From: Candidatus Fermentibacterales bacterium
Lineage (GTDB): Bacteria > Fermentibacterota > Fermentibacteria > Fermentibacterales > JAFGKQ01
NCBI GenBank assembly: GCA_016928495.1
Contig: JAFGKQ010000128.1
Span: forward strand, 1 to 14,076
DNA: 14,076 nt
Direction of reading: 5' to 3'
Shown here: positions 6,880 to 14,076 of the stretch, in pieces
Layout: each line of letters begins with the position of its first letter
Numbering within the stretch: the stretch's first letter is position 1
The notes under the pieces: model-generated
The model's input: only the letters and a program-made list of their open reading frames with translations
Databases searched by the model: none
What the model was told of the DNA's origin: nothing
Position numbers and translations under genes: made by a program

Positions 6880-7953
6880 GTGGCCAGAAGAGGGAAGAGA
6901 GTGTTCGACGAGGCCCTTCTCGCCCGGTTGTGCGAGGCGGACGGGGTATCGGGCCATGAGGACGTTGTCGCGGACATACTGCAGTCGGAGCTGGAGGCCC
7001 TGGCCGACGACATCCATACCGACCCGATGAAGAACCTGGTCGCGACCAGGCGAGGCAGGAAGGGCAGCCGGATCAGCGTGATGCTGGCCGGCCACATGGA
7101 TGAGATAGGCTTCCTCGTCTACAACGTGGACGAGGACGGCTTCGTCAGCCTTGCCCCCGTGGGAGGCTGGCAGGCCGAGTCCATAGTCGGACATCCCGTC
7201 CGGATACACTGCCGGTCGGGCAGGACCGTCGAGGGCGTCGTGCATCGGCGCTCAGCCTGGCTGCCCGAGCACCGCAGCAAGGAGCTCCGGCTGGACGAGA
7301 TCTACGTTGATCTCGGGCTCCCGGGCTCCAGGGTGGGCAAACTCGTGTCGAGGGGCGACTGGGTCTCGATGGCCTCGGGCTTCCGGGCTCTCGGTGACTG
7401 CTATCTCGCCAAGGCCTTCGACGACAGGGTCGGCGTCTTCATCATCGCCGAGGCCTTCAGGCGATACGTGAACCCCTCCATAACCGTTCACGCGGTCGGC
7501 ACCTCGCAGGAGGAGGTGGGACTCAGGGGCGCCGCTAGCGCGGCCCAGGAGCTCAAGCCGACCATCGGCGTGGCGGTGGACATTACCGGAGCCGGCGACA
7601 CTCCCGGGCACCCCGCTAGGCTTCGGACCGCAACGCTGGGCAAGGGCGTAGCCATCAAGATCATGGACTCGTCGGTCATAAGCTCTCCGGGACTCGTCGA
7701 GTTCATGCGTGACACTGCCGAGAGCAAGGGCATCGACCACCAGCTCGAGGTGCTTCTGAGAGGGGGAACGGACACCGCCGCCATCCAGAGGTGGGGTTCC
7801 AGTCCTCACGTAGTATGCCTCTCCATTCCGACGAGGTACGGCCACTCACCGTCCGCGGTAATCCACAGGCACGACGTGGAGACGGCCATCGAGCTGCTGG
7901 TCGCTTTCCTGGAGCGCGCGCACGAGTGGGCGGGCGCCGGGAAGAAGCCCTGA
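6880..7953 (+). CDS. M42 family metallo-aminopeptidase (FrvX/YsdC/TET-like, glutamyl-aminopeptidase family)
   Basis: Motifs LAGHMDEIGFLVYNV, FDDRVGVF and GGTDTAAIQ are typical M42 metal-binding and active-site signatures. I prefer the GTG start at 6880 with AGGGAGG 7 nt upstream over the ORF-track TTG at 6811, which overlaps the previous gene and has no SD. Confidence 0.8.
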   Translation: MARRGKRVFDEALLARLCEADGVSGHEDVVADILQSELEALADDIHTDPMKNLVATRRGRKGSRISVMLAGHMDEIGFLVYNVDEDGFVSLAPVGGWQAESIVGHPVRIHCRSGRTVEGVVHRRSAWLPEHRSKELRLDEIYVDLGLPGSRVGKLVSRGDWVSMASGFRALGDCYLAKAFDDRVGVFIIAEAFRRYVNPSITVHAVGTSQEEVGLRGAASAAQELKPTIGVAVDITGAGDTPGHPARLRTATLGKGVAIKIMDSSVISSPGLVEFMRDTAESKGIDHQLEVLLRGGTDTAAIQRWGSSPHVVCLSIPTRYGHSPSAVIHRHDVETAIELLVAFLERAHEWAGAGKKP

Positions 7954-7967
7954 GGCGGTAGCCCGGC

Positions 7968-9638
7968 ATGATCGCCGCGGCGTTCGCCGGCGCCAAGCTG
8001 CGCAGCGCGAGGGGCGCCTTCCGCTCGCTGTGGCAGACTGCCCGGCTCAGGCTGATCGCGGGATCCCTGACGGCCGCTGTCTTCGTCGCCGGGGCCTTTC
8101 TCCTCTTCAGGGCGCTCTTCTCGTACCTGCACGGCCTCGAGGATCCCAGCTTCGGTGCCGCGCTGGTTCAACGGCTGCTCGCAACGGCGCTTCTCGCCTT
8201 CAGCGTCTTCCTCGGGATATCATCCGTGGTGACGGGCGTATCGACTCTCTTCCGCTCGGTGGAGACCCGATTCCTGCTGGCCTGCCCGGTGCCTGCGGGC
8301 CAGGTCGGCGTGCTCCGGAGCCTGGAGAGCTGGTTCTACGCGGGATGGGCAACCCTGCTGATCGGAATGCCGATGCTCGTCGCGCACGCGCTCACCTGGC
8401 CGGCCGGCCCCATGTGGCTCCTGCCCCTTGCAGCGACAGGGTTCCTGTGCTTCGTGCTCTGCTCGGTATCGGCGGGCTCGATCCTGCTGTTCGTGCTCAC
8501 CAGCCTGGGCTCGATCAGGCGCGTCTGGAAAGCTCTGGCCGGACTGGTCGTTCTCCTCGGCGCCGGGGCCGTGATAATCCTGGCGGGCACCAGCCCCTCG
8601 GGTGTCGTCATCGGCGACGAGTCCGGGACCTCCATGGCGGCCATCGAGAGGTTCATCGCCGGGCTTCCTGCGGCGGGTGGCATGATCTGGCCGCACCAGC
8701 TCTTCTCCTCGTTCCTGGCCTATCTCTCGCTGGGCAACCCGGCAGGCGCCGCTGCCCCGGGAGCGATCCTCCTGCTGGAGACGGTCGCGCTCTGCGGGGC
8801 GGCTCTGCTGCTGGTCCACAGGAGGTTCGGGCGACGCTTCGCCCTGCTCTCGACCGAGGATTCCAGGGGAACCTCCTCGAGGCTGATGCTCAGGGGTGAG
8901 GGGGGACCGATGTCGGCGATGATCCAGAAGGATGTGCTTCTGTTTCTGCGCGATCCGGTGCAGTACTCCCAGCTCGCCCTGCTGGCCGGTCTGTTCCTGG
9001 TCTACGCCGCCAACCTCGACAGGTTCCAGCTCGATGTCGGTGACCCCATGTGGCGCGGAGTGCTCGTGTTCCTGAACATCTCCTTCAGTGGCTTCGTGAT
9101 GGCGACGCTGCTGGTGAGGTTCGCCTTTCCCGCGGTGAGCCTCGAGAGCCCGGGACTGCACGCCCTGCTGTCCGTTCCCGGTGGACGGAGACTGCTGTAC
9201 TGGAGCAAGTGGCTGCCGGCCTTCTTACTGCTATTCCTCCTGCTGCAGATCACCGGCTACTTCTCGGCTCTGAGCATGGGCTCCGGCCCGGTCCTGATAG
9301 CCGAGACCCTGATCAGCACGGGCATACTCTGCCTGGTGCTCGTCAGCATCAACGTCGGCCTCGGGGCAGTGTTCCCCGAGTTCAGGGACAACAACGCAGC
9401 CAGGATCGCGAGCGGGCAGGGAGGGATCACCTCCGCGTTCGCATCCATGGGCTTCGTCCTGCTCGTCGTCTCGGTTCTCTCGATCGTCACCAGGGCCTAC
9501 ATGGTCCACGGGTTCTGCGAGGCGATCCTGCTCCGGCCCCTGGCCTGGACCTTCGGGATACTCCTGCCGGTCGCCGTTCTCGGCTCCGTTCTGGTCAACC
9601 GTGGAGCCCTGAGGAGCCTTGCGCGGAGGGACTTCTGA
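7968..9638 (+). CDS. polytopic integral membrane protein (about 12 predicted TM helices), function unknown
   Basis: 556-aa ORF made almost entirely of 20-25-residue hydrophobic stretches separated by short R/G-rich loops. No ATPase partner or recognisable catalytic motif is nearby. Internal overlapping ORFs (8030-8899 +, 8220-9161 -) are frame artefacts. Confidence 0.75.
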   Translation: MIAAAFAGAKLRSARGAFRSLWQTARLRLIAGSLTAAVFVAGAFLLFRALFSYLHGLEDPSFGAALVQRLLATALLAFSVFLGISSVVTGVSTLFRSVETRFLLACPVPAGQVGVLRSLESWFYAGWATLLIGMPMLVAHALTWPAGPMWLLPLAATGFLCFVLCSVSAGSILLFVLTSLGSIRRVWKALAGLVVLLGAGAVIILAGTSPSGVVIGDESGTSMAAIERFIAGLPAAGGMIWPHQLFSSFLAYLSLGNPAGAAAPGAILLLETVALCGAALLLVHRRFGRRFALLSTEDSRGTSSRLMLRGEGGPMSAMIQKDVLLFLRDPVQYSQLALLAGLFLVYAANLDRFQLDVGDPMWRGVLVFLNISFSGFVMATLLVRFAFPAVSLESPGLHALLSVPGGRRLLYWSKWLPAFLLLFLLLQITGYFSALSMGSGPVLIAETLISTGILCLVLVSINVGLGAVFPEFRDNNAARIASGQGGITSAFASMGFVLLVVSVLSIVTRAYMVHGFCEAILLRPLAWTFGILLPVAVLGSVLVNRGALRSLARRDF

Positions 9639-9640
9639 GA

Positions 9641-10045
9641 GTGGGCGCCGGGCCTGCCATCGGTGTGGACTACGGCCGCGTGAGAACGGGCTTCGCGCTC
9701 TGCCGCGACGGAGTGGTCGTTCCCCTGGAGCCGCTTCCGAGCGGTGAGTGGAGGCTGATCGCGGGGCGGCTCGAGGAGCTGCGCGAAGCCCACTCGGCGA
9801 GTCTCATCGTGCTCGGGCTCCCACTCACCCCGTCCGGCAGGGAGACGGAGCTCTCCTCCGAGGTCAGGTCGCTGGCCGGATACCTGGAGAAGCTGGGACT
9901 GAGGGTCGAGCTCTGCAGGGAGTCGGGCACCACGCAGGAGGCGGAGGCCCTGTCGAGACAGGCCGGTGGCCCGGGGCGTGCCGGGAGGCTCACCGACTCC
10001 CTGGCTGCGGTCGTCATACTCAAGCGCCATCTGGACATACCGTGA
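9641..10045 (+). CDS. ruvX: Holliday-junction-resolvase-like / pre-16S rRNA nuclease YqgF (RuvX)
   Basis: The translation (GVDYGRVRTGFALC; LIVLGLPLTPSGRETELSSEVRSLAGYLEK; DSLAAVVILKRHLD) matches E. coli YqgF (FDFGTKSIGVAVG; IIVGLPLNMDGTEQ; DSASAVIILESYF). I take the GTG at 9641 as start, 3 nt after the upstream stop, with GGAGGG 12 nt upstream. The ORF-track start at 9050 lies inside the preceding gene. Confidence 0.85.
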   Translation: MGAGPAIGVDYGRVRTGFALCRDGVVVPLEPLPSGEWRLIAGRLEELREAHSASLIVLGLPLTPSGRETELSSEVRSLAGYLEKLGLRVELCRESGTTQEAEALSRQAGGPGRAGRLTDSLAAVVILKRHLDIP

Positions 10046-11082
10046 CCGCTGCGGAGGGACGGCGCAGACCGTCACGAGTGCTTCTCCCGATCGCCGCAGG
10101 ACTGATGCTCCTCCTGCTGCTGTTCCTGGCCGCCCTCTGGTGGTGCGGAAGCTCTCCGGGAGGCGACAGGGAAGTCCTGTTCGAGGTCCTGCACGGCTGG
10201 GGAGGCAGGCAGGTCGCATCGGCTCTCGAGGACTCGGGCCTCGTGCGCTGCTCGCTCTACACGCTCTGGAGGGGGCAGCGCCTGGGAGTTCTCGACCACC
10301 TCCAGGCAGGGACCTATCTGCTCTCCTCCTCCATGAGTCCCGACTCCATCCTGCTGATCATTGCCTCCGGGCGCGTCGTGCCCGTGCCCACCCACTGGGT
10401 CACGCTGCCCGAGGGTCTCATGCTGGAGGGGTCCATCGAGCGCCTCGCCTCTTCGCTCGAGAGGGATCCTGCCATCCTCGACTCCATTGCCAGGGATGCG
10501 GACTTCGTCGGGACTCTCGGTGTAGGTGGACGCGACCTCGAGGGCTATCTCTTCCCCGAGACCTACGAGTTCGCGGACAGCCTCCCGCACGGGGCGGTTC
10601 TCTCGAGGATAGTCGAGGCGGGCCTCTCCGCATGGGGAGGAGCGGTCGATTCCGCGCTCGCTGCGATCCCTCTCGGCTCGAGGCAGGAGCTGATCGTCCT
10701 CGCCTCGATAGTGGAGAGGGAGGCCAGGGTGGACTCGGAGAGGCCCAGGATCGCGAGGGTGTTCCTCAACCGGCTCGAGCGAGGGCTCAGACTCGAGAGC
10801 TGCGCAACCGTCCAGTACGCCCTCGGAGAGACGAGGGAACGCCTGCTATACAGCGATCTCAGGCTGGATCACCCGTACAACACATACCTTCATGCGGGTC
10901 TGCCGCCCGGCCCCATCTGCTCACCGGGCCTTGCCTCGATTCTGGCGGTCGCCTTCCCCGACACGATCCGGGGTGAGCTCTACTTCGTCAGCAGGGGAGA
11001 TTCCAGCGGCCTCCACCTGTTTGCCACGACCCTCGCCGAGCACCGTAGAAACGTCCGGGCCGTGAGGGATGGAGGGGGCTGA
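10042..11082 (+). CDS. mltG: endolytic murein transglycosylase MltG (YceG family)
   Basis: C-terminal catalytic region LASIVEREARVDSERPRIARVFLNRLERGLRLESCATVQYALGE...YNTYLHAGLPPGPICSPGLASILAVAFP...LYFVSRGD matches E. coli MltG ([44 protein letters not shown]...[22 protein letters not shown]). N-terminal positively charged segment and single TM (VLLPIAAGLMLLLLLFLAALWW) as in MltG. Proposed start is the GTG at 10042 overlapping the ruvX stop (GTGA). GTG 10078 is an alternative. The ORF-track 9748 start overlaps ruvX. Confidence 0.85.
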   Translation: MTAAEGRRRPSRVLLPIAAGLMLLLLLFLAALWWCGSSPGGDREVLFEVLHGWGGRQVASALEDSGLVRCSLYTLWRGQRLGVLDHLQAGTYLLSSSMSPDSILLIIASGRVVPVPTHWVTLPEGLMLEGSIERLASSLERDPAILDSIARDADFVGTLGVGGRDLEGYLFPETYEFADSLPHGAVLSRIVEAGLSAWGGAVDSALAAIPLGSRQELIVLASIVEREARVDSERPRIARVFLNRLERGLRLESCATVQYALGETRERLLYSDLRLDHPYNTYLHAGLPPGPICSPGLASILAVAFPDTIRGELYFVSRGDSSGLHLFATTLAEHRRNVRAVRDGGG

Positions 11083-11089
11083 GAGCGGA

Positions 11090-11117
11090 TTGACTCCGGA
11101 TCGACCCCTCGTATCAT
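11090..11117 (+). promoter_or_regulatory. sigma70-like promoter candidate: TTGACT (11090-11095), 16-nt spacer, TATCAT (11112-11117)
   Basis: It sits in the 72-nt gap after mltG, about 37 nt upstream of the ATG at 11155, which has a GGGAGG SD. The -35 hexamer is identical to that of the promoter candidate at 1670. Confidence 0.4.
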
Positions 11118-11154
11118 TGGACGGGTATCAGAGGCATTCCGCAGGGAGGAAACG

Positions 11155-11679
11155 ATGAGTGAGGGCAGGAAGCTGAGTATCCTCGAGAAGGCCATCCGCC
11201 TGGTGCCGGGCTACAAGGGATACAAGGCCAAGGAGGAGAGAAGGGACAACGACCATCTCTTCCGGATGCACCTGGTGGATCGGATGGAGAAGCTGATGGC
11301 TGCCCAGCGGGAGGTGGTCAAGGGGCTCGAGGGCCCCGGTGCCCTCTCTCTGGTGTCCGACTTCGACAGGATCTCGAAGAAGCTCGAGAAGGCCACTGAC
11401 GAGGTCAGGTTCGCCGACAGGGGCTACAGGGGCTGGTTCGACATGCACAAGGTGCACGAGGGCGAGCTTGACAGGCTCTACGGGTTCGATGTCGGCCTCG
11501 TCGAAGACATCGAGCAACTCGAGCAGGCGTTCGAGAGCCTCTCGAGCGCGGGCCGGGATCCAGACCTTATCAGGAGCTCCGTCAACGAGATAGTGTCGCT
11601 CCTGAACGACTTCTCGGCCAAGATGACCTCCAGGAAGGACCTCATGGTGGATCTGGAGAAGAACAGACCGATAGACTGA
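11155..11679 (+). CDS. hypothetical cytoplasmic coiled-coil protein (174 aa), probably co-operonic with the downstream SPFH protein
   Basis: ATG with GGGAGG SD. Highly charged, helix-prone sequence (KLEKATDEVRFADRGYRGWFDMHKVHEGELDRLYGF...). No TM segment and no recognisable catalytic motif. Confidence 0.65.
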   Translation: MSEGRKLSILEKAIRLVPGYKGYKAKEERRDNDHLFRMHLVDRMEKLMAAQREVVKGLEGPGALSLVSDFDRISKKLEKATDEVRFADRGYRGWFDMHKVHEGELDRLYGFDVGLVEDIEQLEQAFESLSSAGRDPDLIRSSVNEIVSLLNDFSAKMTSRKDLMVDLEKNRPID

Positions 11680-11730
11680 CCGGCCCGCACAGGCAGCGGT
11701 GCCGGTCCCTGGTGACGGACGGAGCGAGCT

Positions 11731-12882
11731 ATGTTCAAGAAGCCAGAGATAATCGAGTTCATGGACGAGAGCGGCAAGACCATGGTCCACCGGGAGCCGC
11801 AGTCGGGTTCCGGGGAGTTCAGGCTGGGAAGCCAGCTGGTGGTCCGCGAGAACCAGGAGGCCGTGTTCTTCCGCGACGGCAAGTCGCTGGACGTGTTCAA
11901 GGCCGGAAGGCACACGCTGACGACCCAGAACGTCCCTCTGCTCGCCGGTCTCGTGGACATGGTGTTCTCCGGGGAGGGCTCTCCCTTCCGCGCAGAGGTC
12001 TACTTCGTCAACAAGAAGACCTTCACCGACATGAAGTGGGGCACCAAGGAGCCCATCATCTTCCGGGACAAGGAGCTCGCGATGGTGCGGCTCCGGGCCT
12101 TCGGGCAGTTCTCGATGAAGGTCGAGCAGAGCCAGCTCTTCATCAACAAGATCGTAGGGACCGAGGGCAGGTTCACCACGGACGAGATCGAGGGCTTCTT
12201 CAAGGGCGTCATCATCTCGAGGCTGGCTGATCTGCTCGGGGAGACCCTCGAGAGCATCTTCGACCTTGCCCGCAGCTACGACGAGATCGCCACGCTCGCC
12301 AAGGCAAGGCTGGCGGATGACTTCAACAAGTACGGCGTCGGCCTGATCGACTTCTACGTCAATGCCATCACCCCACCCGAAGAGGTGCAGAAGAGGATCG
12401 ACGAGCGCAGCGCGATGGGCGCTCTCGGCTCCATGGACCAGTACATGCGCTTCAAGACTGCCACTGCGATGGGCGACGCCGCCCAGAACGAGGGCGGAGG
12501 CGGCGCGGCCGGCGCAGGTGTCGGGATGGGCGCCGGGCTGGGCATGGGCATGGCCATGGCCAACATGATGGGCCAGAGCTTCCGGCAGGACGGCGGCCAG
12601 GGCCAGGTGGGCCAGGGCCAGTCGGGCGGGGGGGCCCCTCTCGTGACCTGCCCGGCCTGCGGCAAGAGCGTGCCTGACGGGAAGTTCTGCCCGGAGTGCG
12701 GCAAGCCCCTCTCCGCGACATGCCCGAAGTGCAACCAGCCGGTCAGCGCGGGGGCGAAGTTCTGTCCCCACTGCGGCGAGAAGCTCTCGGGCGCGGGAGG
12801 CTCCCTTACCTGCAGCAAGTGTGGGAAGTCCTACCCGGCCGGAACCGGGTTCTGCCCTGACTGCGGCGAGAAGCTGGAGTAG
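11731..12882 (+). CDS. SPFH/Band-7 (stomatin/prohibitin-like) domain protein with C-terminal triple zinc ribbon. It belongs to the family annotated as virion core protein of lumpy skin disease virus-like (COG4260, B. subtilis YdjI-like).
   Basis: N-terminal 300 aa match the remembered family consensus (MFKKPEIIEF.., VFFRDGKSLDVFKAGRHTL, FRAEVYFVNKKTFTDMKWGTKEPIIFRD, VRLRAFGQFSMKV, GRFTTDEIE, ITPPEEVQKRIDERSAMGALG). Then a Gly/Met-rich linker (GMGAGLGMGMAMANMMGQ), then three CPxCG...CPxCG zinc ribbons. Confidence 0.85.
   Translation: MFKKPEIIEFMDESGKTMVHREPQSGSGEFRLGSQLVVRENQEAVFFRDGKSLDVFKAGRHTLTTQNVPLLAGLVDMVFSGEGSPFRAEVYFVNKKTFTDMKWGTKEPIIFRDKELAMVRLRAFGQFSMKVEQSQLFINKIVGTEGRFTTDEIEGFFKGVIISRLADLLGETLESIFDLARSYDEIATLAKARLADDFNKYGVGLIDFYVNAITPPEEVQKRIDERSAMGALGSMDQYMRFKTATAMGDAAQNEGGGGAAGAGVGMGAGLGMGMAMANMMGQSFRQDGGQGQVGQGQSGGGAPLVTCPACGKSVPDGKFCPECGKPLSATCPKCNQPVSAGAKFCPHCGEKLSGAGGSLTCSKCGKSYPAGTGFCPDCGEKLE
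12649..12879 (+). repeat. three tandem zinc-ribbon units (each CxxCG(K)...14-16 aa...CPxCG) encoded within the SPFH gene
   Basis: Protein tail TCPACGKSVPDGKFCPECGKPL / TCPKCNQPVSAGAKFCPHCGEKL / TCSKCGKSYPAGTGFCPDCGEKLE. This is a protein-level internal repeat, not a mobile or CRISPR repeat. Confidence 0.7.
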
Positions 12883-12896
12883 CCGGTCTGACTCGC

Positions 12897-14076
12897 GTGG
12901 CTCCGGACAGCCCTGTCATCCATGATCTGCTCGACGAGGCGGCCGCGAGGATCCCTGACGCGGTCGCCCTCGTCGACGACGACTACGAGATCACTTTCTC
13001 CGACTGGAGGAGGGTCTCCCTTCATCTGGCCAAGTCGCTTCAGAGCATGGGGGTCCACAAGGGAGACATCGTAGGGGCCTACCTCGGCAAGACCCTGCTG
13101 CTCCCGTGCCTGTTCACTGCAGTGTCCAGGCTGGGGGCCCAGTTCATGGCCCTGGTTCCGGGATGGCCCGAGCAGACCTACTCCCGCACCTTCGGCAGAT
13201 GGCCCAGGAGGTTCGTAGTGGTCGAGTCCGACAGGTGCCGGGACGTCTACTGCGACACCGAGTGGTCCAGCCTGACCAGGGCCTCTGTCCTCGATGGCTC
13301 GGAGACTCCCTACAGCCTGCCTGAGGTATCGCCGGAGGACGTGGTCTACCTGAACATTACGTCCGCATCCACGGGCCAGCCCAAGGTGGCTTCGACGACT
13401 CACCGCCATCTCATTGCCAACACCAGGGGGGTGTGCGAGGCGTTGGAGATGGCCGCGGATGACGTCCACATGTCGCTCTTCGGAGTCATCGGCCATCCAC
13501 ACGAGCTTTTCGCCAGGGGCCTCTTCCTGGGTGGGAAGACAGTTCTCACCGAGAGCCCGTACCCCCGCAGCGTTATCCAGCGGGTATCCGCACAGAGGGT
13601 CACCGCGCTCATGGGCCTGCCTCCTCAGCTCGAGGGGATATCGCGTCTCTACCGGAGAGCCGACGCCGACCTGAGTAGCCTCCGCTTCGCCGAAGCCGGC
13701 GGCATGCACTTCTCGCAGTTGCTGTGCGAGCGCTTCCAGGAGAGGACGGGGGTGCCCATCCGTTCTGTCTGGGGCAGCACGGAGACCTCCGGCGTGGTTC
13801 TCATCGGTGATCCCGGCAGGACCGGGTTCGACAGGGTCGTGCCCGGCTACGAGGTCGAGATCAGGAAGACGGAGGAGGTAGTCGCGGGCTCGGAGCATGG
13901 CGTTTCGCCCGAGACCGGAGAGCTCTGGGTCTCCGGCGAGGGCGTCGTTGCGGGCTATCACGGGGACAGGGCCGAGACGGCCGAGAGCTTCCGCGAGGGC
14001 TGGTACCGGACGGGCGACATATTCAAGCGCGAGGGAGGCAGGCTCGTGTTCCTGGGGCGCAGGGGCGGGCTGATCA
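12897..14076 (+). CDS. AMP-dependent synthetase/ligase (ANL superfamily acyl-CoA / acyl-ACP synthetase-like), 5' portion. The gene continues beyond the window end.
   Basis: It is not in the ORF track because it has no stop inside the window. From the GTG at 12897 the frame is open to nt 14076. AMP-binding motif YLNITSASTGQPKVASTTH, then WGSTETSG, then GELWVSGEGVVAGYHGD...GWYRTGDIFKREGGRLVFLGRR. It starts 14 nt after the SPFH gene stop. The minus-strand ORF 12831-13961 is its antisense shadow. Confidence 0.8.
   Translation, partial: MAPDSPVIHDLLDEAAARIPDAVALVDDDYEITFSDWRRVSLHLAKSLQSMGVHKGDIVGAYLGKTLLLPCLFTAVSRLGAQFMALVPGWPEQTYSRTFGRWPRRFVVVESDRCRDVYCDTEWSSLTRASVLDGSETPYSLPEVSPEDVVYLNITSASTGQPKVASTTHRHLIANTRGVCEALEMAADDVHMSLFGVIGHPHELFARGLFLGGKTVLTESPYPRSVIQRVSAQRVTALMGLPPQLEGISRLYRRADADLSSLRFAEAGGMHFSQLLCERFQERTGVPIRSVWGSTETSGVVLIGDPGRTGFDRVVPGYEVEIRKTEEVVAGSEHGVSPETGELWVSGEGVVAGYHGDRAETAESFREGWYRTGDIFKREGGRLVFLGRRGGLI

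Noticed and set aside
9050-9640. ORF-track extension of the ruvX frame back to 9050
   Set aside because: It overlaps the 3' third of the membrane-protein gene. Homology to YqgF begins only at the GTG at 9641, which has its own SD.
9748-10041. ORF-track extension of the mltG frame back to 9748
   Set aside because: It overlaps ruvX in a different frame and the sequence is Arg/Gly/Ala-rich non-protein-like. MltG-like topology (short basic N-terminus then TM) begins at the GTG at 10042.
8220-10219. Minus-strand ORFs 8220-9161 and 9497-10219, and + ORFs 8030-8899 and 9966-10976
   Set aside because: Alternative-frame artefacts inside the membrane-protein, ruvX and mltG genes. Arg/Pro/Gly-rich.
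12484-12640. Gly/Met/Ala-rich low-complexity stretch, considered as possible tandem DNA repeat or slippage region
   Set aside because: It is a conserved flexible linker of this SPFH family at the protein level (GMGxGxGMGMAMANMMG). There is no exact nucleotide repeat unit.
11128-12771. 547-aa minus-strand ORF spanning the coiled-coil and SPFH genes
   Set aside because: Antisense shadow of two well-supported + genes. Composition is dominated by L/A/G/R/P runs typical of GC-rich non-coding frames.
12831-13961. 376-aa minus-strand ORF
   Set aside because: The + strand here encodes an AMP-dependent ligase with all adenylation motifs. The minus ORF has no recognisable features.
1-14076. Scan for tRNA/rRNA genes, CRISPR repeats, IS/transposase or integrase genes, and terminal inverted repeats
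   Set aside because: Intergenic spaces are all under 90 nt. No spacer-repeat periodicity, no tRNA-like cloverleaf-sized gaps and no transposase or integrase-like ORFs were seen.

Overview
GC-rich bacterial chromosomal segment (roughly two-thirds G+C by eye; not computed). I see no rRNA, tRNA, CRISPR array or mobile element. Nearly all real genes are on the + strand. The many long minus-strand ORFs are stop-codon-poor antisense artefacts of the high GC. Gene order: 3' end of rpoN (sigma-54); a small conserved hypothetical; a minus-strand NAD-dependent epimerase/dehydratase-family gene divergent from a long tightly packed + operon. That operon holds a serine-palmitoyltransferase-like alpha-oxoamine synthase, a BioF2/FemAB-like N-acyltransferase-domain protein, an unusually short alaS, a secreted caspase-like protein, an M42 aminopeptidase, a 12-TM membrane protein, ruvX/yqgF and mltG. 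After it come a sigma70-like promoter, a small coiled-coil protein, an SPFH/Band-7 protein with three C-terminal zinc ribbons (YdjI/COG4260-like) and the 5' part of an AMP-dependent synthetase/ligase running off the window. The most interesting items are: (i) a reductase, SPT-like and N-acyltransferase trio reminiscent of the recently described bacterial ceramide pathway; (ii) a 597-aa AlaRS that seems to lack both the C-Ala domain and the beta-barrel subdomain; (iii) a Sec-secreted minimal caspase-fold protein inserted in the otherwise conserved alaS-ruvX-mltG neighbourhood; (iv) an SPFH/zinc-ribbon membrane-stress-like module. Codon usage is odd for a high-GC genome (frequent AGG/AGA Arg and ATA Ile). 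Family names and comparison sequences are recalled from memory, not from a search.
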